64,000 bases of DNA from a virus. Below, piece after piece: positions 54,851-62,652 of this stretch. The first letter of the stretch is position 1. Each line of letters starts with the position of its first letter. The notes under the pieces were generated by a model. That model was not told the DNA's origin. It saw only the letters and a program-made list of their open reading frames with translations, and did not search any database. Position numbers and translations under genes: made by a program. The stretch spans positions 32,192 to 96,191 of IMG/VR virus record IMGVR_UViG_3300046323_000360. One strand, given 5' to 3'.

Positions 54851-55312
54851 TTATAGCACTTTTTCTGGAAAGTTCAAAGCGACACGCGCTTTCTGGATAC
54901 GGCGTAGCAGAGCAGACGGAGTTTTCCAATCCTTGACTTCTGCTAGGTCAATGGTGCTTACCTCGGCAACAATAGGTGTCTTGCGAAGTTCCATTTCGTA
55001 GGCAATCTGACGCTTGATAACGCTCTCAATCTGGGCAACCATTTCGACAGCCTTTTCCTGTGCTGTGGTCTGCGCGATAGGCGTTCCAAAAAGTTCCTTG
55101 TTGTTCACGCGAGAAAGCGAGATACGCCATTGCTTACGAGGCGACCAATCGCTCACGGTGCGAGAGTGAACAGCCATTGGAACATAGTTGGCACTCTCGT
55201 CAAAACCCTCTGGTGTTACGAGGATTTGGGTAACAACATTCTGACCTGCCTCTTTGGTGGTCTTTGGCACTAACTCAATGTAGATAGCCTTGCCAACAAT
55301 CTTGTCTGTCAT
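54851..55312 (-). CDS. hypothetical protein
   Basis: 153-aa ORF with AAGGA RBS, heads the MoxR operon. Confidence 0.7.
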   Translation of the reverse strand: MTDKIVGKAIYIELVPKTTKEAGQNVVTQILVTPEGFDESANYVPMAVHSRTVSDWSPRKQWRISLSRVNNKELFGTPIAQTTAQEKAVEMVAQIESVIKRQIAYEMELRKTPIVAEVSTIDLAEVKDWKTPSALLRRIQKARVALNFPEKVL

Positions 55313-55433
55313 TTCTTTTCGTCCTTAGTTCGATTTGTTTGTTTTGGTATTCAGTTGTAGTTATGACTTTACTCGCTTATTTTGAAGTTGTCAAGTCTTA
55401 TTACGAAGTTTTTTATAACGAAATGGTAACGCT

Positions 55434-55964
55434 CTAATAGTGTAGGTCTACGGGAATGAGATACTGCTTTGCTGGGTTGGTCTTTACACGCTCAACGAAA
55501 GAGCGTAGGTTCGCTGTCCAATCAGTTAGGTCATAGATAGCAGTATCTGGTGTCCACTCATCATCAAGTAGTTGTGCCAACTTCTTAGTTCCATACAAGT
55601 CCATGTCCCAAGTTTTCGTGTATGGGTCATAGGCGTATGTAGATAGGTCAATCGCTTTTGACTTGTAGTTGCGAATCTCATCTAGGCGTTGCTGGAGAAA
55701 CTTCTCAATAACAAGTTCGGCGAGCGCAGGCTCGTCTGCGTAGCAGAGGTGGTTAGCAATCTCTGCGTCTGGGTCTGGCTCGCCATTTTTGTTAGGAGTA
55801 AAGAACACAGCGTTAGACCAGCGACCTGCAAAGTCTTTCGTGTGTGCGCCAGAGGCTTCGTGCCAATCTGACCAACTAGGGCTTTCAGACAGTGCGCCCT
55901 CTACTGCGTCAAATGCTTCCTCTGGGCTATCTGCCTCAACGAGCATAATCTGACATACGTGCAT
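55434..55964 (-). CDS. conserved phage hypothetical protein
   Basis: MH..ILVEA...WSDW...GRW...YLIPVDLHY pattern. Confidence 0.7.
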   Translation of the reverse strand: MHVCQIMLVEADSPEEAFDAVEGALSESPSWSDWHEASGAHTKDFAGRWSNAVFFTPNKNGEPDPDAEIANHLCYADEPALAELVIEKFLQQRLDEIRNYKSKAIDLSTYAYDPYTKTWDMDLYGTKKLAQLLDDEWTPDTAIYDLTDWTANLRSFVERVKTNPAKQYLIPVDLHY

Positions 55965-56083
55965 TTGGGTCGTCCTTTCGTATTTGGATACAACAAGAAC
56001 ATTACCCTATTTAGTTGTTCAATGCAACTCGTGTTGCGGTGTGTCAGAAAAAATAAATACAGTATTGGCTCGTATTTATTTTT

Positions 56084-56323
56084 TCAGAGTTCATCAACCT
56101 CAGGTTCGATGACTGGAGCTGAGCATTCAATACATACTGAATACCCGTCGTCCTTATAGGTAAGTGTGATTACGTAAGGCTCGAATGTTCCATCTTCGAG
56201 TGCTCCTATAGCTTCCCAGCAATTGGCGCATTCGTAAGTGTCGATACCATCCGTTAATCCAGCAAGGTCCGCTAGTTCGATGTCGGACTCAGTCTCGATG
56301 AGGTGTACTTCATAACTCTTCAT
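56084..56323 (-). CDS. acidic Zn-ribbon protein
   Basis: CANC...CIEC. Confidence 0.6.
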   Translation of the reverse strand: MKSYEVHLIETESDIELADLAGLTDGIDTYECANCWEAIGALEDGTFEPYVITLTYKDDGYSVCIECSAPVIEPEVDEL

Positions 56324-56459
56324 AGCAGTAGCTTACCCGTTACACAAACTAGTGATTTGTGGGGTACCCGCTAAGCGCTTGCCGCTAGTTCCTTCGCAAC
56401 TTCGCACTAAGGTAAAGCGCTCGCCGCGGATGAGCTGGCCGGTTAAGCACGCCGTCTTC

Positions 56460-56756
56460 TTATTTAGAAGTTGCCATCCGCTGCTGAAGGCGGGCCGACT
56501 GCGGATAGATACCGTGATTGATTGGAGCATCCGTGAAGTCATCCGCGGTTAACCTATCTCCGAGCCGCGCCTCGAGGCATCCGATGCATAGCATGCCGTC
56601 CCCGCCGAAGTCTTCAGTGGCAACTTCCCACACACCGTCATTAACCATGTAGTACTCATCGGTGTGTAGCGTATTTACATTACAGTCCCAGCAATTGAAT
56701 CCGTAGCAGTACTCGCCGTTGCATTCAGTGTCATTGCACTTGTTATGTGTAGTCAT
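56460..56756 (-). CDS. Cys-rich conserved hypothetical protein (leaderless)
   Basis: CWDC..EYYMV..LCIGCLEARLG..LTADDF; TTGACA-N17-TAACCT-N6-ATG. Confidence 0.7.
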   Translation of the reverse strand: MTTHNKCNDTECNGEYCYGFNCWDCNVNTLHTDEYYMVNDGVWEVATEDFGGDGMLCIGCLEARLGDRLTADDFTDAPINHGIYPQSARLQQRMATSK

Positions 56757-56923
56757 GAGTCCAGGTTACTGCAGCACCGTTAATTTGTCAAGCTACGCGG
56801 CGGGCCAGCTTTTAATTAGTAATTATTTGTAGCTCCGGATCGGAAGACCTTCTGATGCATTCCGTTAACTTCTTATTTAGAAGTTCAAGCTGCGGGCCCT
56901 GGATCTGATCTAGCAACTAACCG

Positions 56924-57196
56924 TTAATGTGAAGTTGGTAGCTGCAGCTCAGATCCGGATCCGTAACGTCGCACTAACTTGAGCAGGCCCGTTACTAGTA
57001 GGACATCGTCGAGCTGGCCTAGTACAGGAATGAAATCCGGGATGAGGTCGATGGGGCTCAGTAGGTACAGCAGGCCGACCGTTACTAAAACCTTCACGTA
57101 CCATGGCGCATGCCGCAGTCCGTCGCGAATCTCGCGAGCCGTCTCCTTAAGCTTGCCGCTACTTTTCCCAGACACTGTGGTCACCCGTAAACCCAT
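56924..57196 (-). CDS. YkvA/DUF1232 membrane protein
   Basis: LLYLLSPIDLIPDFIPVLGQLDD. Confidence 0.85.
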   Translation of the reverse strand: MGLRVTTVSGKSSGKLKETAREIRDGLRHAPWYVKVLVTVGLLYLLSPIDLIPDFIPVLGQLDDVLLVTGLLKLVRRYGSGSELQLPTSH

Positions 57197-57353
57197 CCGA
57201 CTCTAAGTCGTAATCGCGTGCCGCTTCTTCCTCAGGAGTCATTCCGTCACGTAGTAGTTGGTACCCCGTCTCCAGGGCTTCTTCCTCGCTTGCCGCCTCA
57301 ACAACAAATGTGTGGAAGAACCGTTCATCAATCTTTACCAGGTATTCAGTCAT
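57159..57353 (-). CDS. small acidic protein (leaderless)
   Basis: VEAASEEEA motif; TTGCAA-N17-TACAGT-N6-ATG. Confidence 0.65.
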   Translation of the reverse strand: MTEYLVKIDERFFHTFVVEAASEEEALETGYQLLRDGMTPEEEAARDYDLESDGFTGDHSVWEK

Positions 57354-57554
57354 AGATCTACTGTAACACTCCGTGCCGTTATTTGCAAGCTTACCTGGGA
57401 CGGGCCGCTGCGTACAACTTCATATTAATGATGTCCGCTGCAGATCGATGAGCTCGCCGCCGGTTAACTTTTAATTAGTTGTTTGAAGACCAGGCCGCGG
57501 TCTTCCGGCTACCTTCGCTGCGCACTTCTTATTTGGAAGTTTGAACCGGTCGAG

Positions 57555-58412
57555 CTATTCAGTTACCTGGAAGAGTCCAGTGTCTGAAGCTAGCCGCTTT
57601 AAAGTTGGAAGATCTGGATCTGAAGCTGAAGCTGCACTTCCCACTATTCCGATGTTGCGTCGGAACCTGGCGAATGCAGCTGCAGTCTGTCCGTCCCACT
57701 TCCCACGTTCAACATCTTTGATGTCCGTTACCTGGGACAGTGCAAGCTGCACCGTTGCTATTTGCTTGTTGCGAGTGTTAGCACGCAGTGCACGTAGGCT
57801 CACCGTTTCTTGGATGCGGGCCGCTTTTTGAATCTCCTGGAGCTCTAGCTTATCCGGGCCGGATCCGGTTAACTTCTTAACAAGCTTAATCAGAAGATGA
57901 GGAATGCGGGCCGCCGCTGAACTTTTCGCGACCGGGCGGCAGAACAAAACAACATCCGTTAAATGTCGACTCTTAGGATGCACGCCGTCAAATTGCTTAT
58001 ACTGGCCCGTGCCTGCTACATTTCCTTCGATCGTCATGAAGACACCCGTCGTGTTGACGTACCTGGTATCCGTAACAATTGCACAGTGGGGTGATGAGAA
58101 GGCGCTCGCCGCTGGTCCGCTATTTGATGCGAAGTTGAAGATGGCAATATCTCCTGGCTGAGGGGTCCGTGAGATCTTACCCTGGCGAATGAATTCCGCG
58201 AGCGCCGCTGGAGTATAAGTAAAAGATGGAAGATGCAAGCCGCTCTCTCGGGCGACGACGTCAATAAATGCTCCAGCCCATGGGGCGGTTAGATATCCAA
58301 CGCGCTCGCCGAAGATGTTGCGACCCAGGTTTTCGGACTGGTACCCGACGTACTTGTTAGCTGTCTCGATGAACTTCTTAATTTGTTCTGCAGCTGCTGA
58401 GCTCTTCTTCAT
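57555..58412 (-). CDS. CHAP-like domain plus peptidoglycan-binding-like domain, catalytic Cys apparently absent
   Basis: ANKYVGY..PWAGAFID..PQPGDIAIFNF..HCAIV..TIEGN; VQLAL..GKWDGQTAAA. Confidence 0.7.
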   Translation of the reverse strand: MKKSSAAAEQIKKFIETANKYVGYQSENLGRNIFGERVGYLTAPWAGAFIDVVARESGLHLPSFTYTPAALAEFIRQGKISRTPQPGDIAIFNFASNSGPAASAFSSPHCAIVTDTRYVNTTGVFMTIEGNVAGTGQYKQFDGVHPKSRHLTDVVLFCRPVAKSSAAARIPHLLIKLVKKLTGSGPDKLELQEIQKAARIQETVSLRALRANTRNKQIATVQLALSQVTDIKDVERGKWDGQTAAAFARFRRNIGIVGSAASASDPDLPTLKRLASDTGLFQVTE

Positions 58413-58506
58413 GATTTTGATCTTATCACATTATGTCAAGTTACGTAGGTAGTACTAGTTCCAGGCCGCTGCGTGCAGCTAGCTGTACGTACAAAACAAT
58501 TAACTC

Positions 58507-58698
58507 TTATTTAGAAGTTGATGCGGATCCGTCTTCCGGGATGTTCAAGATCTCAATAACTAGATTCTCCGCTTGTTGAGCTAGAGCTGTGAGTCTGACA
58601 TGTTCAAATCTAGTTGTTGCATTGTTGATGTCCGATTGAAGGTTTCTAAACAATGCAGTAGCTGCATCCGTTAACTTTGACTTAGCATCTTTATTCAT
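58507..58698 (-). CDS. hypothetical protein
   Basis: 63-aa helical ORF overlapping upstream stop. Confidence 0.55.
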   Translation of the reverse strand: MNKDAKSKLTDAATALFRNLQSDINNATTRFEHVRLTALAQQAENLVIEILNIPEDGSASTSK

Positions 58699-59656
58699 TT
58701 GATGAGCTCTCTTCTAGATCTGGGCCGTTACCGTTATCTTCATCACTAACTATAACTGCATCTTCGATCTGATCCGGGCCGTTATTAACATGTAGTCCCG
58801 CTTCAGCTAAGCGGGCCGCAGTCTGAATTGCACCTTGGGCTAGACGCTCTAGACGCTCCGCGATTACTTGAGCAGCAGGCCGCGCATCAATATTAACCGT
58901 TGTATCAATCTCAACACCACCGCGAATACCGGCGCGGTCCAAGATCTCAGTAGCGGCTTTTAGCTTAACCGGTTCTGACTCCGCGTTCTCCATCAAGTTC
59001 TCAAGCATGTCTACCGCATATGGTGCAGCTTGAGTTAGTTTAGCGCGGGCCCGTTCGATGTCATCCGACGTCTTGTGTTTAGTTGAACGTAAGTGGATCC
59101 GGCAGAGTCCGTCATCATGTGGACGTCCACTGGACCATAGCATACAACGAATACCGTCATCTTTGATTTGATTACAACGATGAGGTAAGGCAAGCGGTTG
59201 ACGTTTTTCACTGCGCGGGCCGCCCGCTTCTTGTTCCTTAATCCAAAGTCGAGTAGCACCGATCACCCACGGCGGAACTAAATAGTCGGAAGCTTCCTCC
59301 GCTATCAGATCCAGGCCGGTTAAGAAATCTGAGTTCCGGTTATTAGGTTCTACTAGTAGCGGCTTCTTCTCCGCAAGAGAGAGGATCCGTCTTTCAATAG
59401 TTGTTTGTTTGGAGCGGGCCTTAATCAAACCTGTAGGCACGCCGTTAGTTGAATAAACAGGATCCCAGTTGAGATGCGCTCGCCGCAAGATTTGGCGGTT
59501 CTCGTATGTGTCTTCGCAGACGCCCTTATCGACTTCTTCTATTCCGATCTCTGTTAGATCGGGCCGGAGGTCGAGTGCTTCGTCTATTTGATATTCGGCA
59601 ACATCGTCTTTGGGTGCGTCGAATAAAGATGATGGGAGTTTATTTAGATCCGTCAA
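58691..59656 (-). CDS. Zn-finger plus helical protein, possibly terminase-small-subunit-like
   Basis: RCNQIKDDGIRC...LCRIH and AVDMLENLM..VKLKAATEILDRAG. Confidence 0.45.
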   Translation of the reverse strand: MTDLNKLPSSLFDAPKDDVAEYQIDEALDLRPDLTEIGIEEVDKGVCEDTYENRQILRRAHLNWDPVYSTNGVPTGLIKARSKQTTIERRILSLAEKKPLLVEPNNRNSDFLTGLDLIAEEASDYLVPPWVIGATRLWIKEQEAGGPRSEKRQPLALPHRCNQIKDDGIRCMLWSSGRPHDDGLCRIHLRSTKHKTSDDIERARAKLTQAAPYAVDMLENLMENAESEPVKLKAATEILDRAGIRGGVEIDTTVNIDARPAAQVIAERLERLAQGAIQTAARLAEAGLHVNNGPDQIEDAVIVSDEDNGNGPDLEESSSNE

Positions 59657-59943
59657 CTTTGTACCAACTTCTTAATAAGCCTGTGTATAACTTCTTAATA
59701 AGGAACTTATAAGTTTTATTATAGTTTCTTATTTAATAAATTTTATTAAGACGTCGGCCTACCTGGTAGGGGAGAGGACTTGCAAGTAGACCGACGCCGT
59801 TATTAATTTTATCCGAAGTCAAGCTGTTCGATTATTGTCGGACGAATTTTTTGCGCGTGGATGGGGAGAGAGTTACTTTTTCGCCCCTCATAAACAACTT
59901 TTTATCTAGAGTCGTGCTTGCCGCTTTTTAAAAATATGGTAAG

Positions 59944-60195
59944 TTACCGAACGGTTTTATCATCAAGGAACACAAAACGCCCTCGTTCATCTCGTGGAAT
60001 GTTTAGCAGTCTCATCTGTGACGAGGCTACTTTCTGATGCTCAGCTATCGCTTTTGCTTTCTTAGCAGCAGATAGCATTACATAGCCAGGAGAGGTAGTA
60101 GCTAGTAACTCATTAGCTATCCAGTTATAGATAGTCTTTGGAGTTACATCAAGTTTCTCAGCAGCGAGTGCAATCTTGATTGGTGTCTCTTTCAT
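59944..60195 (-). CDS. excisionase/MerR-like HTH protein
   Basis: IALAAEKLDVTPKTIYNWI; GAAGGAGA RBS before MKETPIK. Confidence 0.65.
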   Translation of the reverse strand: MKETPIKIALAAEKLDVTPKTIYNWIANELLATTSPGYVMLSAAKKAKAIAEHQKVASSQMRLLNIPRDERGRFVFLDDKTVR

Positions 60196-60281
60196 AATCT
60201 CTCCTTCAAAGCCTAAGACCATAGTAACAGAAAACGAGCCGTTAGCCAACGCTAACGACCCGTTCTCTTTTTAACTAAAAA

Positions 60282-60605
60282 TTACTTCTTAGTAGTTGGT
60301 GGTGTCTTCTTAGCAGCTGGCTTTGCAGCTGGCTTTGGCTTTGCAACGCGAGCAGCTTTGGCCTCATCGATAAGGATATCAATTGCCTTTTCGGTGAGAG
60401 ACTTTTCCTCAGCAAACTCAGGAAGTTCTACAGAATCTTCCAGAGTAATCTCGCCGTTGTTTAGTCCGATGCGAAGAACCAAAGTTCCACCATCACGAGC
60501 AACCTTTTCGAGGTTACTCAATACATCATCTAGCTTCAGTACGAATACCGAAGATAGCTTGCTCTTGGCCGAGAGCAACTTAATAAGAACGCTAATTAGC
60601 TTCAT
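60282..60605 (-). CDS. hypothetical protein with Lys/Pro/Ala-rich tail
   Basis: KPKPAAKPAAKK tail. Confidence 0.6.
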   Translation of the reverse strand: MKLISVLIKLLSAKSKLSSVFVLKLDDVLSNLEKVARDGGTLVLRIGLNNGEITLEDSVELPEFAEEKSLTEKAIDILIDEAKAARVAKPKPAAKPAAKKTPPTTKK

Positions 60606-60772
60606 GTTCTACTTTCTTCTTTTTATTTTTTATTCTCTCAAGTCAATCTACTCGACTTGAAACCTTATTGACGCAACAACCTTCACCACAGCACGCTTCA
60701 TTTTGCTTTAGCAGAATGCGTGGTCCGTGCTCATTAGGAAGTGCCTTCCCTTTGCGCAGCCAGCGACGAAAC

Positions 60773-60997
60773 TTATTCAGAATCTTCTTCATCTTCAGAA
60801 TCCTCTTCTTCCACACTATCCAAGTTATGTACAAGATGTAGCCAAGACTTATCTACATCAATAATCGGATCGATCTCTCCGATGATACTCCAAACATACT
60901 CGGTGAGAGTATCCGCTACTTGAGCATCTAGTACATCATAGTCTACCAAAACTTGCAGGTGCTCTTCAATCTTTCGAGCAGCTTCTTCTTTCATCAT
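60773..60997 (-). CDS. acidic hypothetical protein
   Basis: 74-aa ORF. Confidence 0.55.
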   Translation of the reverse strand: MMKEEAARKIEEHLQVLVDYDVLDAQVADTLTEYVWSIIGEIDPIIDVDKSWLHLVHNLDSVEEEDSEDEEDSE

Positions 60998-61166
60998 TCT
61001 GTAGAACCGCTTTCTTCTGATTATTCCGATTTTTCTGATTCCTTAGACTTAACATTACAGGAACACTTGCAAATCCACAACTTATCAAAGTACTGGATTT
61101 CTTTTCGACATCCGTCATGATGACCAGACATACACCAGCCACATAACATTCCGCCAGCTTCTTTAC

Positions 61167-61466
61167 TCATAAAACTTCCTCGTCATCGATATTAAACTCT
61201 GAAATCATTTGCTCCAACAACCTACCAAATTCGTCTACTGTAAGTTCTTTAATGAATTCAGCATCTTCAGGATTAACCAAACAACACTGAAAAATATAGA
61301 ACGCCTGGTTAGCGACACTAGAACTTAATCCTAAGTACTCGTAATTTTCAACTTGCTCTACAGTCATTGACCTTGGATTACGAACTTCTAAGAAGTGACC
61401 ATCATCAGTTATTAAAGTGGTTTTCTCTTTAAACACTATGAACGATTCTCTCGACATTCCATACAA
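61167..61466 (-). CDS. acidic hypothetical protein
   Basis: 99-aa ORF overlapping upstream gene. Confidence 0.55.
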   Translation of the reverse strand: MYGMSRESFIVFKEKTTLITDDGHFLEVRNPRSMTVEQVENYEYLGLSSSVANQAFYIFQCCLVNPEDAEFIKELTVDEFGRLLEQMISEFNIDDEEVL

Positions 61467-61960
61467 AGCAACTTGTCATAGCCAGTTGCCTCACTAACGA
61501 TAACCCCACGCTGAGTAACTGGAACTGGACTTAACTGTTTTGTCTTTTCACACAGGTCACATTTTTGCGCAATCAACCATTCAATCTTCTGTCCATCTTT
61601 ATGAGCAGCCAACAATCCTTGGCTCAAAGCGTGCAAGGCTCCTCCACCTTTTGTCCTACGCAAAAAAATACGTGCGTTTTCAACTTTGACTACTGCACGA
61701 ACATTCTTACAAGGGCAAGTAGATTTTCCTGCACTACACATTACCAATCCAGAAACATTGTCATGCCTTCCAACAGGATGTCCACAAATGCAAATCACTC
61801 CACGAACATCCTCTTTCAACTCGACCTCTGCAATCTGCTTCTCCGCTTCACTTACCGTAAAATCAAAAAAGCCAAAAGCGTCTTTGTCTTCCATTATTTC
61901 CTCCAGTCTAATTCCAATTCCAATTTTTCCTGACTTCAATATGGTATCACATAAATCCAC
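61436..61960 (-). CDS. Cys/His-rich Zn-binding protein
   Basis: CICGH..H..C..CPC and CDLC..CMEC; true start probably MEDKD after GGAGG. Confidence 0.65.
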   Translation of the reverse strand: MDLCDTILKSGKIGIGIRLEEIMEDKDAFGFFDFTVSEAEKQIAEVELKEDVRGVICICGHPVGRHDNVSGLVMCSAGKSTCPCKNVRAVVKVENARIFLRRTKGGGALHALSQGLLAAHKDGQKIEWLIAQKCDLCEKTKQLSPVPVTQRGVIVSEATGYDKLLCMECRENRS

Positions 61961-62106
61961 TTAAACATACTTAAATCATTCTTAAATACTCTTAACAATA
62001 TTAAACGATCAAACTCGCTTTACTTTCGGCTAGCCCGGATACTAAGAATATACGCGCGTAGTAAATTTAAAGCTAGTTTGATCATTTAACTAGTTTAAGT
62101 TATATC

Positions 62107-62277
62107 TATTAGCAGAAAAATAAAGTACAACACATTCATTTCTTGCTAATATCTACCCCTACTTATTAGCAAAAAACAAAAGTACTACCATTTCATTTTC
62201 TGCTAATACTAAGGGCGTCTATTCCATCCCACTAAAACGTATTAGCAAAAAATTACCGCTCTTTTTTCTTGCTAATA
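62107..62277. repeat. three inverted-repeat units TATTAGCA(G/A)AAAA...TT(T/C)TGCTAATA in the divergent intergenic region
   Basis: 62107-62151, 62164-62208, 62240-62277. Confidence 0.75.
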
Positions 62278-62342
62278 CACCCCTCTAAAACTCCGCCAGC
62301 ACCACCCAACTACCCCTCCAAAGACCCCCTTATACTATTTTT

Positions 62343-62600
62343 ATGGCATACGAAGCACCTAAATATATCTCTCCGCCGAAGGATAGAGATTCACTTAAAC
62401 GCGCTCTAGATAGACTTCAGCTATGCTCCTTTACTATCCAAGAAGCACACTATGAAATCGAAGCTCCGGCAAATCCAGAGCATAAAGCAGACCTACTACT
62501 CGCTGCAGAGAACCTCGCTTACGAGGCAGTAGACCTACTAAACACAGTCAAGTTATACGTGTGGGGGCCAGAACCCGAAGAAGACCCCGAAGACGATTAG
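62343..62600 (+). CDS. hypothetical protein (leaderless)
   Basis: TATACT-N6-ATG; first plus-strand gene. Confidence 0.7.
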   Translation: MAYEAPKYISPPKDRDSLKRALDRLQLCSFTIQEAHYEIEAPANPEHKADLLLAAENLAYEAVDLLNTVKLYVWGPEPEEDPEDD

Positions 62601-62652
62601 CCTTATAATTATATAAGGGAGAGATACACCTACCAACCAGGAAGTATCTCAA

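Larger units (their letters stand above)
32367..56085. repeat. dispersed 17-bp motif CA(G/T)AAAAAATAAATACA, about 36 same-orientation copies plus inverted copies at 32367 and 56072
   Basis: Copies start at about 33034, 33610, 34011, 34602, 35003, 35468, 35925, 36377, 36896, 37232, 37761, 38314, 38909, 39394, 39756, 40159, 40625, 41026, 41432, 41777, 42418, 42891, 43593, 44156, 44750, 45188, 45700, 46248, 46629, 47210, 47623, 48783, 49330, 50277, 51625, 56045; all intergenic. Confidence 0.95.
56456..58519. repeat. operator-like quasi-palindrome AACTTCT-TATTT-AGAAGTT, four copies
   Basis: 56456-56472, 56867-56885 (perfect), 57524-57541, 58502-58519. Confidence 0.7.

Noticed and set aside
33034-56061. 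CRISPR array interpretation of the 17-bp repeats
   Set aside because: Intervals are hundreds to thousands of bp, variable, and contain genes with promoters; the repeat is short and non-palindromic; no cas genes
33034-56061. Integron cassette array (attC)
   Set aside because: No GTTRRRY/RYYYAAC boxes, cassettes have their own promoters, and no tyrosine recombinase is in the window
246-61964. Plus-strand ORFs in the track (e.g. 10631..11389, 28504..29052, 50764..51375) and nested minus-strand alternates
   Set aside because: Antisense or out-of-frame shadows of well-supported minus-strand genes; no RBS or recognisable motifs
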